The notes below the pieces were generated by a model. That model was not told the origin of the DNA, searched no databases, and was given only the letters and a program-made list of their open reading frames with translations. DNA of 64,000 nucleotides from Bdellovibrio sp. (lineage in GTDB: Bacteria; Bdellovibrionota; Bdellovibrionia; Bdellovibrionales; Bdellovibrionaceae): assembly GCA_036677065.1 (NCBI GenBank), contig JAKFBS010000003.1, positions 433,573 to 497,572 on the forward strand, read 5' to 3'. A program made the position numbers and the translations under genes. Shown here one piece after another: positions 33,094 through 42,117 of the stretch; positions within the stretch are counted from its first letter, which is position 1; each line of letters begins with the position of its first letter.

Positions 33094-34908
33094 TTATTTT
33101 AAGGAAGATTTATGGATAAATTTTCCTACTTCTAGACAAAAATCGTATGGTTTTTGTACGTTTACACAGTTTTGTGTGATTTTTGCTAAAATATCCGGGG
33201 CCAGATCGGTTATGCCTACAACAAGAGGTGAAACTCCTAGGGCAATGGCTTCGTCTATTGATTTTTTCACGTCCTCTTGACCGTATTTTCCTTCGTAGGG
33301 GTCTAAATCAGTGGGCTTGCCGTCAGTTACCACAATCAGTAGCGGATTTTTACTTTGTTGACGATGCAGTTTTTGAGTTGCATGGCGAATTGATGGTCCT
33401 AATCGGGTGTATTGTCGTGGTGAAAACTCATGAAGTTTTGGGTAAATCAGTTGCCAACTTGTGGTGAAGTCCAACAACGGTAAATATGAAATGTTTTTGC
33501 GAGTTTGGCTAAATGATAAATTTAAACTTAGCTGTGGAGCAAGGGCATGGATGGCTTCGCCGAAGACAACGAGGGAATTCCTGATAATGTGAATAATTTT
33601 TTCACCATTTATCCAGGTATCTGTTGAATATGAAATATCAACGACAATTGAAATATGCATCTCAAAATCTCGATTTATTTTTCGTTGGTAAATGCGTGGG
33701 CTACCTGAAACTGTTCTGAATTCAGGGGCCAAGCGAATGATGCTGTCTAAATCTAATTCTGGCCCCTCAACTTTTCGAGATTGCCATAGAGGTTGGTTCC
33801 ACATTGCAGAATAGTATTTTTTAAAATAAGAAATTTCTTTGGCGTATTGGATAATGATTTCGTTGCGTAGTTGTGAATTGTCTTGCGGGGTAATAGCAAC
33901 TTCAAAAACCTGACAATGATCTTTTGTGTACGAATTATTTCGGTAATTCCACTCGGCATAATATTTTGCCTGGGTATCTAAAGCCGCAGAAGAAATATCG
34001 GCTTCTGTGTTTTTAATGAGTTGCATATCTTGTCGAAACACACTACTGGCTTTGCCCTGATTAGTAAATTGATTCATTTCGACTTCGTCTAAAGCATTGC
34101 TGTGATCATCCAGATCGTCATCCCCTGAAGTCATTCGTTGACCGCCCGAGTAGTCATCTAATGTTTCCATTTTTTCAAAGCTGTGTGTAACTGGATTAAC
34201 TTCAGATTTTTTTTCTTCGTCAGAATTTAATACGTATTCTTTTCTGTTTCGCGTTTTTGATTTAGATGATGACGATGAAGCAGTTTGTTCAGTTTCACTT
34301 GATCGATTCAATTTGGTAAAGCGTAAAGGAAGCGGAACGGTTGCCAACAAATAATCAAAGGCTTCGTCATTAGTTTTATCTTGCATTAAGGGCGCTAACT
34401 GATCGCTACTTCGACAGGTGATTTGATTTTTCCAGTAGTCCAGAATTTTGTTAGTTTTTAAATGCTTTTTCTTAACTTCAGTAAAGTATTTATTAAAGGT
34501 ATCATTTTCAAGGCTTGAATAATTCGAAAAACGTGTATCTAGCCACGTGTTAATTATTGGCATATACGCTAACATTTGTACGCGAGGAAAGTTTCTTGAT
34601 TTATCTTTAAAAGAAAACGCAATGTCTAATTCTTTGATCGCGGTTGATTTAAGAATTAACAGCTTGAGTAAATCAAAATTCAATTCTTTGTCTTCAGTCC
34701 AACGTAATTGCAGAGGTAAAAGAAGTTCGTTATCCACAAAACCACACCCCCAAAGACTTATGCCAACTTCAACAGGAGTTTCAGAAAACGAGACAAGATT
34801 GGCAAAAGTTGTTAATTGAACTATGGATTCAGATAATTCAATGTATCCATCTTTTTTTGAAGATCTGACAAGCTGGTTTTTATAAAAGTAACCAAATAGC
34901 TTTTCCAT
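33094..34908 (-). CDS. norD: NorD/CbbO-like vWA protein (NO reductase activation)
   Basis: YAEWNY, GPELDLD, vWA MIDAS DISYST, YTRLGPSIRHA, TDGKPTD. Confidence 0.85.
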   Translation of the reverse strand: MEKLFGYFYKNQLVRSSKKDGYIELSESIVQLTTFANLVSFSETPVEVGISLWGCGFVDNELLLPLQLRWTEDKELNFDLLKLLILKSTAIKELDIAFSFKDKSRNFPRVQMLAYMPIINTWLDTRFSNYSSLENDTFNKYFTEVKKKHLKTNKILDYWKNQITCRSSDQLAPLMQDKTNDEAFDYLLATVPLPLRFTKLNRSSETEQTASSSSSKSKTRNRKEYVLNSDEEKKSEVNPVTHSFEKMETLDDYSGGQRMTSGDDDLDDHSNALDEVEMNQFTNQGKASSVFRQDMQLIKNTEADISSAALDTQAKYYAEWNYRNNSYTKDHCQVFEVAITPQDNSQLRNEIIIQYAKEISYFKKYYSAMWNQPLWQSRKVEGPELDLDSIIRLAPEFRTVSGSPRIYQRKINRDFEMHISIVVDISYSTDTWINGEKIIHIIRNSLVVFGEAIHALAPQLSLNLSFSQTRKNISYLPLLDFTTSWQLIYPKLHEFSPRQYTRLGPSIRHATQKLHRQQSKNPLLIVVTDGKPTDLDPYEGKYGQEDVKKSIDEAIALGVSPLVVGITDLAPDILAKITQNCVNVQKPYDFCLEVGKFIHKSSLK

Positions 34909-34911
34909 CAA

Positions 34912-35685
34912 TTAAATTAATAAATTGATATAATCTTTTAGCGCGTGAACGACGTCACGGTCATCTGAAAGAACTTCAGCAATCGCAATATGACAGGCCA
35001 GACGTGGATTTAAACCTTGTTTTATAAGTGTGGCAGCATTAATCAGTAAACGCGAAGACACAGTTTCTTTAAGCATCAGCCCTTCTTTGGTTCTTATTTT
35101 GTGTCCAAGATCTGCAAGCTGATCACATATTTTTTTGCTGATCTGAGTTAATTCACTAATTAGTCGAGATTCATCTTCTTTATTTAAGTAATTCATTGAA
35201 AGACAGACAAATCGTTGTTTCGTTGAAGGCTTAAGTTCTTTAAGACCTTTTTGATAGCCAGGGTTGTAACTGGCGACAACCATAAAATCTTTTTTGGCCT
35301 GAAGAGTTTCATTGATTTTATCGATATGAACTTCACGGCGATGATCAGTTAACGGATGTAAGGCAACGATGACATCTTCACGAGCTTCAGCGATTTCATC
35401 AAGATATAAAATGCTGTTCGTACGCAATGCCTGTGTGACAGGGCCATCCTGCCACACAGTTTCTCCTGATTTTAATAAAAAACGACCAAGCAAGTCTGCC
35501 GCATTGGTATCTTCATTACAAGAGACTTTAATTAATGGACGATTGAGTTTTCTCGCCATGTATTCAACTAATTGAGATTTTCCGCAACCGGTTGGCCCTT
35601 TGATCAGTAAGGGCAACTGTGTTGCAAAACATGAAGTAAAAATACTTTCTTCATTTTTAGTTGAAATAAATAGATCAAAATTCAT
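34912..35685 (-). CDS. norQ: NorQ/CbbQ AAA+ ATPase
   Basis: GPTGCGKS, YLDEIAEAR, SYNPGYQ, LKPSTKQRF. Confidence 0.93.
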   Translation of the reverse strand: MNFDLFISTKNEESIFTSCFATQLPLLIKGPTGCGKSQLVEYMARKLNRPLIKVSCNEDTNAADLLGRFLLKSGETVWQDGPVTQALRTNSILYLDEIAEAREDVIVALHPLTDHRREVHIDKINETLQAKKDFMVVASYNPGYQKGLKELKPSTKQRFVCLSMNYLNKEDESRLISELTQISKKICDQLADLGHKIRTKEGLMLKETVSSRLLINAATLIKQGLNPRLACHIAIAEVLSDDRDVVHALKDYINLLI

Positions 35686-35690
35686 TTTTA

Positions 35691-37019
35691 TTAACTTTCT
35701 ACTTCGCCAACGGGTTTACCAAATCTAATGAAATTCCAGATGAAAGCGATTATTCCAGCTGTAAATAACGTAGCTGCAAGCACTAAACCTAAAAAGTGAA
35801 TTTCGATTTCTTTTTGCACCATCAAAAAGTCTAATCCTACTTTGCGTTCGAGATATACTTGAGCTACACCAGCTACACCAAAGGCGACTGTCATCGCTGT
35901 CATGCCGATATTCGATGTCCAGAAAGCGAAGTGATTTGTTTTCGTGTCTTGTAATTTTCGTCCAGTCAGATAAGGCATTGTGTATGTAATGATACCCAAG
36001 ATTAAACAGGCGTAAGCGCCCCAGAAAGCCAGGTGGCCATGCATTGCGGTCACTAAAGTACCATGTGTATACATATTCACTTGCGGTAGGGTGTGAGCGA
36101 AACCTAGAAAACCAGCTCCAACAAATGACATAATAGCCGTGCCAAGTGTCCACATCAAAGCCGCTTTATTATCGACCACTTTTTTACCTTTGCGTGCCAT
36201 GGCTATGGCATAGATGGCCATACCCAAAAAGGCTAACGGTTCAAGAGCACCAAATATTCCACCAATCATCAGCCAATAACGAGGTGTTCCGATATAGTAG
36301 TAGTGATGGCCTGTACCTAAAATTCCACTTAGAAAAGTAAAGCCCACTATGATGTACAGCCATTTTTCGATAACTTCTCTGTCTACGCCTGTGATTTTAA
36401 TCAACAAGAATGATAGAATGGCTCCCATGATAAGTTCCCAAACGCCTTCGACCCAAAGATGCACAACCCACCAGCGCCAGTAAGAATCATGAGTTTGATT
36501 GTCTGTTTCGATAAGTCCCGGAAGATATAATAGCGCAGCAGTAAGTAATCCAAAGAACAACACAAGACTTGTTGTAGTCTGTTTTTTTCCACGCCAGATC
36601 GTGCCGCCAATTAGACCGACAAAAAGTAACACATCGACGACAACTAAGTAATCAAGTGGACGAGGTATTTCTAAAAATTTTCGACCTTCCCACCATTGAA
36701 AGTGAAAGCCGATAATCGCTGTAACGCCAACTACCACAAAAGCAATCAGTTGTACGTAAGCCCATTTAACCGAGAGAATGTCGAGTTCGACTTCTTCGGG
36801 TATAATGTAGTACGCAGCACCCATAAATCCCGACAATAACCACATGACTAATAAATTCGTGTGCACCGCTCTGGCCACGTTAAAAGGTATGATGCTGTGT
36901 AGGCCATCCATACCCATATGTGCAAAACCCATAATAAAACCGTAAACTAACTGTAAACTAAACAACAGCATACAGACGGCAAAAAACCAGTAAGCTATTT
37001 TTTGTGATTGATATTTCAT
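35691..37019 (-). CDS. norB: Nitric oxide reductase large subunit (cNOR)
   Basis: HTNLLV, WWVVHLWVEG, GTGHHY, HGHLAFWG. Confidence 0.96.
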   Translation of the reverse strand: MKYQSQKIAYWFFAVCMLLFSLQLVYGFIMGFAHMGMDGLHSIIPFNVARAVHTNLLVMWLLSGFMGAAYYIIPEEVELDILSVKWAYVQLIAFVVVGVTAIIGFHFQWWEGRKFLEIPRPLDYLVVVDVLLFVGLIGGTIWRGKKQTTTSLVLFFGLLTAALLYLPGLIETDNQTHDSYWRWWVVHLWVEGVWELIMGAILSFLLIKITGVDREVIEKWLYIIVGFTFLSGILGTGHHYYYIGTPRYWLMIGGIFGALEPLAFLGMAIYAIAMARKGKKVVDNKAALMWTLGTAIMSFVGAGFLGFAHTLPQVNMYTHGTLVTAMHGHLAFWGAYACLILGIITYTMPYLTGRKLQDTKTNHFAFWTSNIGMTAMTVAFGVAGVAQVYLERKVGLDFLMVQKEIEIHFLGLVLAATLFTAGIIAFIWNFIRFGKPVGEVES

Positions 37020-37720
37020 TTGCCAGCTCCTTTTTGGCTAGCAAGAAACGCAGTTAAATCTGCAATTTCTTGTTCTGAGAGAGGTAGTTTAGGCATTTTA
37101 GAATCAGCCTTAATTTGTAACGGATCACGTAACCACTTTGTTAAAAATTCAGAATCACGACGACCACCCACACCATCGAGCGCGGGCCCAACGATACCAC
37201 CCTTTCCTCCTAAGGCATGGCATGCCACGCACATTTGGTCAAAAATAGCGGGCTTTTTCACAGCAGATTCGATGGCTGCTTGTGATTGTGTTTCAGCAGT
37301 TGTTGCTAAGTCTGGTTTCGGTGGAAAACCATTTAGATCCATTCCGCCGATCCATTTTAAGAAAGCAACTAAGTGATCAATTTCTTCTTCAGTAAATTTG
37401 TAGTTAGTCATCTTACGCTGACCTGGGTACATTTGCTCTGGGTTTTTAAGCATAGAACGAATGAATGCTTCACCACGACGTTCAAAAACTTTGGTTAATT
37501 CGGGAGCGTAGTAGGCCCCTTCACCCATAATTGTATGGCAGCCCATGCAATTCTTTTTATCGAATAGATGTTTACCTTTAATTGCGCTTTCAGTTAGTTC
37601 ATTTTGTTTGGTTTGATCAGGGATGCGATTGAAGGTATCAACTGTTAAGCCGACAAAAATGGCCGAAAAGCCAATTGTACCAACTAAGAAAAATGCTTTT
37701 GCTTGTGATTTTGAGAGCAT
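37016..37720 (-). CDS. norC: Nitric oxide reductase small subunit with a second cytochrome c domain (dihaem)
   Basis: TM anchor, CMGCH..GEGAYYAPELT, second CVACH..GPAL..MP. Confidence 0.92.
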   Translation of the reverse strand: MLSKSQAKAFFLVGTIGFSAIFVGLTVDTFNRIPDQTKQNELTESAIKGKHLFDKKNCMGCHTIMGEGAYYAPELTKVFERRGEAFIRSMLKNPEQMYPGQRKMTNYKFTEEEIDHLVAFLKWIGGMDLNGFPPKPDLATTAETQSQAAIESAVKKPAIFDQMCVACHALGGKGGIVGPALDGVGGRRDSEFLTKWLRDPLQIKADSKMPKLPLSEQEIADLTAFLASQKGAGK

Positions 37721-37723
37721 TGA

Positions 37724-38017
37724 TTATCCTTTCGAATCTGCGTGCCCACCGCACATGCCACAGCAACCAACTTTTTCAGAATTGATGTCTTGTTGTTTAG
37801 ATATGGATAACTGCCAAGAGTTTTCCTCTGTTTTTTCAATACTCCAGTTAATGTTGGGGATCTCTGATTCTTTAAGTAACTCTTCGAAATCATACGGATG
37901 ATTATCGCAAACCAGTTTGAGTGATTTTCCCGATTTTAAACTTTCAATTAAGGCAAAAATAAGACCTGTCTTATATTCGTCCATAATTGTTGGAACGTAA
38001 ATTACGTTCTGTGACAT
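37724..38017 (-). CDS. Small DUF2249-like protein with Cys-rich tail
   Basis: LKLVCDNHP motif, C-terminal GCCGMCGG; SD AGGAGG; first gene of the nor operon. Confidence 0.6.
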   Translation of the reverse strand: MSQNVIYVPTIMDEYKTGLIFALIESLKSGKSLKLVCDNHPYDFEELLKESEIPNINWSIEKTEENSWQLSISKQQDINSEKVGCCGMCGGHADSKG

Positions 38018-38072
38018 TGTTCCTCCTAATGCTAATTGCTTTGCAGAATAATTGAATCTATCTAAGGCGCGT

Positions 38073-38086
38073 ATGATTTAAATCAT
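38073..38086. promoter_or_regulatory. Crp/Fnr-type box of a bidirectional promoter (nor operon / regulator 1)
   Basis: Perfect palindrome TATGATTTAAATCATA; -10 TATTCT (minus, 38050-38045) and TAGCGT (plus, 38109-38114) placed symmetrically. Confidence 0.87.
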
Positions 38087-38120
38087 AAAGGGTGCGATGT
38101 TAATGGGTTAGCGTGATGAT

Positions 38121-38795
38121 ATGGAACAACGTGAGCAAATTAAATTATCAAAAGGTTGTCTATCTTTACAGGTCCCGCCGCTGGGAATTCTTCCAAAGGC
38201 TTGGAACGAGTTGTGTCGAGTCGGGCAAGTGCAAAACTTACCACCGCGTCACCAAGTTTGCACTGAAGGTGAAACTGTAACCGACGCATACTTAATCCTT
38301 GATGGATACACATTGTTGCAAAAGTCTTCAAAGACTATAGATATTATCGAGCCAAGTGAATCTTTGGGAGCAGGGCTTTTACAAGTCGACATGGCGAAAG
38401 CCAAATATCCCGTTTCAGCAACGACGATTACACCATGTGAGGTTCTTAAAATTAGGGTCAGTGCCTTGGTAGATGTGCTGCAGAAATTTCCAGATTTGAA
38501 TTTGTACTTTTTTACTCAAATTCAAAAACGAATGTTTTTTTTGCAAACAATTAGTGTGATAGCTAAAATGCCAGTGGCGGTACGTGTAGCACATTTTTTA
38601 ATAACGAAGCAGCACTTGTTAGAACATGATTTCATCACGCGAAAATTAATGGGCGAAATTTTAAATACGACGACAGAGTCTGTAATTCGAACATTAAGTG
38701 ACTTTGTAAACATGGGTTATATAATCAAAAAAAAGAAAAAAACAATCATAACAGAAAAACTACATTCATATTTATTATGTCAAAAGACAGTGTAA
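38121..38795 (+). CDS. Crp/Fnr-family transcriptional regulator 1
   Basis: cNMP-like beta-roll (YPVSATT), HTH ITRKLMGEILNTTTESVIRTLS; no FNR CxxC cluster motif. Confidence 0.85.
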   Translation: MEQREQIKLSKGCLSLQVPPLGILPKAWNELCRVGQVQNLPPRHQVCTEGETVTDAYLILDGYTLLQKSSKTIDIIEPSESLGAGLLQVDMAKAKYPVSATTITPCEVLKIRVSALVDVLQKFPDLNLYFFTQIQKRMFFLQTISVIAKMPVAVRVAHFLITKQHLLEHDFITRKLMGEILNTTTESVIRTLSDFVNMGYIIKKKKKTIITEKLHSYLLCQKTV

Positions 38796-39346
38796 GTATA
38801 GACATACTTAGAGCATTAATTTTTCGCGAACACCAGATTATTAACACTTGTTTAAATGAGCTGCTACAATCTTTACAACCTCTTATTCAGCTGCGTTGGT
38901 TAAAAGATAATGCAATTTTAAAACATCAATACAACGAAGAATTGCTTATTCATAAGAAACTACTTAATAAAGAACGATTAAAAGAAGGTGGGCCATTTTG
39001 TGTACTTTTCTTCGATGAGCATATTGTCAACCCACCCGCAGAAATCGCAAAAAAGTACGCTAAAAAGGATTTAACGTATTGTCGTCATCAGTTAGATATT
39101 AAGGCAAAAAAATCTCCGTTAGATATTCCGTTAGAAGAACATGCCTCTTTAAATACGATGTTAGATGCCTTTTTATTAAAATCAAACGAGGAATTAACTG
39201 GGCAGGTGGGATTAGTTGTTTTGCAGGATTTATTTAAGAAACATCATGAGAAAGAAGAAAAGTGTTTTTTTATGATTTGTCAGACTTTGCTTCTTCCTCA
39301 TGAAATTGAAGAAATTCTAGAACACTGGGTGCCATTACCTGACTAG
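38777..39346 (+). CDS. Hemerythrin-like (HHE) domain protein
   Basis: EH..HQYNEE..EEH..HHEKEE di-iron pattern; GGPFC insert. Confidence 0.65.
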   Translation: MSKDSVSIDILRALIFREHQIINTCLNELLQSLQPLIQLRWLKDNAILKHQYNEELLIHKKLLNKERLKEGGPFCVLFFDEHIVNPPAEIAKKYAKKDLTYCRHQLDIKAKKSPLDIPLEEHASLNTMLDAFLLKSNEELTGQVGLVVLQDLFKKHHEKEEKCFFMICQTLLLPHEIEEILEHWVPLPD

Positions 39347-39463
39347 TTTTTTTTCGAGCGGTGACAAACTTGTGACATATTAATTGAAAATCTTTGCTAT
39401 GTTGTAAACAGGCTTAAGAAGCTAACGTTAGATGTTTTATACAAATCACATATGAGGTATTTC

Positions 39464-40810
39464 ATGAATGATTCACAACTTTTTGCTAAGTACGATATTC
39501 CGGCACCTCGATACACGAGTTACCCGACAGTCCCGTACTGGACAGGATCGCCATCGCAAGAGCAATGGCTTTCACACCTACGAAACAGCTTAGGTGAAAG
39601 TGGAAGACAATGGTCGATGTACATTCATGTTCCATACTGTGAAAGTCTGTGCACGTTTTGCGGATGTAATAACATCATCACCAAAGATCATAAAAGAGAA
39701 GATCCGTATGTGCAGTCAGTTCTTAAAGAATGGGAGTTGTACCGCAAGCACGTACCAGAATTCTCTAAAGCACAGCTGCAGGGTATTCACTTAGGTGGAG
39801 GAACACCTACATTTTTATCCGCGCAACATTTGAAAGAATTATTAACGCCGATTTTAGAATTCAGTCATCGAGGTGAATATTTTGAAGGTTCAATCGAAGT
39901 TGATCCAAGAAGGACTAATCGTGAACAGTTAGAAGTTTTGTACAGCCTTGGCTTTCGCCGTGTCAGTTTAGGTGTGCAAGATTTTAATCCAGAGATTCAA
40001 CGTTTAGTAAATCGTCGGCAAACTGTTGAAGAAACAGAAAACATCACACGCTTTGCACGAGAAATCGGTTATACCTCGGTTAATTATGATTTAATTTACG
40101 GCCTAGCAAAACAAACGTTAGAAACTATGAAGTATACGGTTGAACAAACGAAAAGACTTCGTCCTGATCGTATTGCCTTATACAGTTTTGCTTTGGTGCC
40201 ATGGATTAAACCAGCACAGCGTTTATTTAAAGACGAAGACCTACCGGTCGGAAAAGATAAACGTGATCTTTACGAATATGCACGTACTGAGTTATTAAAT
40301 TTTGGTTACGTTGAAGTGGGAATGGATCATTTTGCTTTGCCTGAAGATGCTTTAGCCATTGCTATGAAGAACGGTCAGTTGCACCGTAATTTTATGGGTT
40401 ACACCGATCAAAAGTCAGATGTCATGCTAGGTTTAGGAGTAAGTTCAATATCTGAGTCGCCTCAAAGTTTTCATCAAAACGAGAAAATTCTAGCCAAATA
40501 TCAAGAACTTTTGCAGGCCGGTCAGATTCCTACAACACGTGGCCATGTTTTAAATGATGAAGATGTAATTCGCAGACAGCAAATACTTTCTTTAATGACA
40601 ACTTATGAAGTGGTCATGACCACTGAGCAAAAACAACAAGTTTCAACTTTTTTGAAAGAAATGATTTCGGATAATTTAGTTACTGTCGTAGGTGATAAAG
40701 TAAAAGTAACTGAAAATGGAAAACCATTCTTACGCAATATTTGCATCTTTTTTGACGAACATTTAAAGCGTAGTAAACCGCAAACGCGTATTTTTTCACA
40801 ATCGCTATGA
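39464..40810 (+). CDS. hemN: Oxygen-independent coproporphyrinogen III oxidase
   Basis: PRYTSYPT, HVPYCESLCTFCGC (CX3CX2C), GGGTPT, GMDHF, HRNFMGY; ATG after GAGGT. Confidence 0.95.
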   Translation: MNDSQLFAKYDIPAPRYTSYPTVPYWTGSPSQEQWLSHLRNSLGESGRQWSMYIHVPYCESLCTFCGCNNIITKDHKREDPYVQSVLKEWELYRKHVPEFSKAQLQGIHLGGGTPTFLSAQHLKELLTPILEFSHRGEYFEGSIEVDPRRTNREQLEVLYSLGFRRVSLGVQDFNPEIQRLVNRRQTVEETENITRFAREIGYTSVNYDLIYGLAKQTLETMKYTVEQTKRLRPDRIALYSFALVPWIKPAQRLFKDEDLPVGKDKRDLYEYARTELLNFGYVEVGMDHFALPEDALAIAMKNGQLHRNFMGYTDQKSDVMLGLGVSSISESPQSFHQNEKILAKYQELLQAGQIPTTRGHVLNDEDVIRRQQILSLMTTYEVVMTTEQKQQVSTFLKEMISDNLVTVVGDKVKVTENGKPFLRNICIFFDEHLKRSKPQTRIFSQSL

Positions 40811-42024
40811 TTCATATAATAGGTGCAGGCTTTTCAGGTTTGACTTTAGCTTGGGAATTGAAAAAAGCAGGATTCGAGATTATAGTTTATGAAAAGAACC
40901 AAGTTGGCGGATTGATTCAGTCACATCGTACCCCGACCCATTTGCGAGAAACTGCTGCAAATAGCGTTTTATGGAGCCCTCGCTTTGAAACTTTGGCCAA
41001 AGAATTAAGTGTTGAATTTCAGCCGTCAGAATCCGTGGCTAAAAAACGATTTATTTTTCACAATCATAAACCTCGTCGCTGGCCATTAAGTTTTTTTGAA
41101 ACAATACAATCGTTAACTGCTAGTTTTAAATTTCTTAGCAAAATGCTTTTTTCAAATAAGAAGATTTCACATGATTTAACTTTAGAACAATGGGGAGTTC
41201 GGTCTTTCGGAAAGCCTTTTTCTGATGTAATTTTAAGTGCGGCAGTGCAGGGCATTTTTGCCTTAGCACCAAAATATTTAAATGCGAAAGCCGTTCTCGA
41301 ATCTTTTAAAGCAGTGAACGCATTTAAAAAAGCTAAAAAATTTAAACCAGTGTCGTATGCCCCTAGAAACGGAATGGGAGAATTAATTTCAACTTTGAAA
41401 CAAAGACTAGCTGAAAAAAATGTAGCAATTCAATTTCAAGAAATTCTGGATTTAAAAGATTTAAAGTTAGCCATAGAAGATATCGTGGTCATTGCTACAT
41501 CGGCTTGGGATGCATGTAAACTTTTACCTCATGTTGAAGCCTTGAAGCTGATTGAAGCAGTGCCAGTAACTAAGGCTACGTTAGTGTGGGCTAAAGAAGA
41601 GCCCTTGCTGCAAGGTTTTGGTTGTTTGTTTCCGCCGAAAGAACATTTTTTTACAGCGGGAGTTTTGATCAACGCCTGTATTTTTTCTAGTTGTGGGCCA
41701 AATCCTTCTGAGACTTGGATAATTAGCCATAGTTTAGAACAGTTTAGTGATGAGCAGATAAAACAACATGTTTTAATGGATCGTCAGCGTTTTTTTTCGC
41801 AGCAAGGACAACCATTAGAGTGTCATATTACGCGTTGGCCGAAAGCCATTCCGGCCTATAATCAGCACTTACAAAACTTTTTAGAGACTTACCCACAGAC
41901 CGCAAAGGCTTTAGCAAAAGAGAATATTTATCTTGCCGGAAATTACTTAGGCAAAATCGGTTTAAGCAAAATCTACGATCAAAACATCGCTTTAGCGAAA
42001 AAACTTAAATTACATTATGGGTAG
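40807..42024 (+). CDS. hemY: HemY-like protoporphyrinogen/coproporphyrinogen oxidase
   Basis: IIGAGFSGL FAD motif, GFGCLFP, RWPKAIPAY, LAGNYL; coupled to hemN. Confidence 0.8.
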   Translation: MIHIIGAGFSGLTLAWELKKAGFEIIVYEKNQVGGLIQSHRTPTHLRETAANSVLWSPRFETLAKELSVEFQPSESVAKKRFIFHNHKPRRWPLSFFETIQSLTASFKFLSKMLFSNKKISHDLTLEQWGVRSFGKPFSDVILSAAVQGIFALAPKYLNAKAVLESFKAVNAFKKAKKFKPVSYAPRNGMGELISTLKQRLAEKNVAIQFQEILDLKDLKLAIEDIVVIATSAWDACKLLPHVEALKLIEAVPVTKATLVWAKEEPLLQGFGCLFPPKEHFFTAGVLINACIFSSCGPNPSETWIISHSLEQFSDEQIKQHVLMDRQRFFSQQGQPLECHITRWPKAIPAYNQHLQNFLETYPQTAKALAKENIYLAGNYLGKIGLSKIYDQNIALAKKLKLHYG

Positions 42025-42069
42025 AAGATTATTAATTCTTAGCCAACAGGTGGGAAATAGTGCTCGAAT

Positions 42070-42083
42070 ATGATATAGATCAG
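42070..42083. promoter_or_regulatory. Crp/Fnr-type box upstream of the decarboxylase
   Basis: ATGAT-ATAG-ATCAG centred 41.5 bp before the ATG at 42118; -10 TAAAAT at 42106-42111. Confidence 0.75.
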
Positions 42084-42117
42084 TGAATCTGTGATTTGCA
42101 AAGCCTAAAATCACTGC

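Noticed and set aside
39361..39449. Regulon box upstream of hemN (GTGACA twice; TTTAT-ACAA-ATCAC)
   Set aside because: Only half-site matches; an extended -10 TGCTATGTT (39395) could explain expression; not counted as a box
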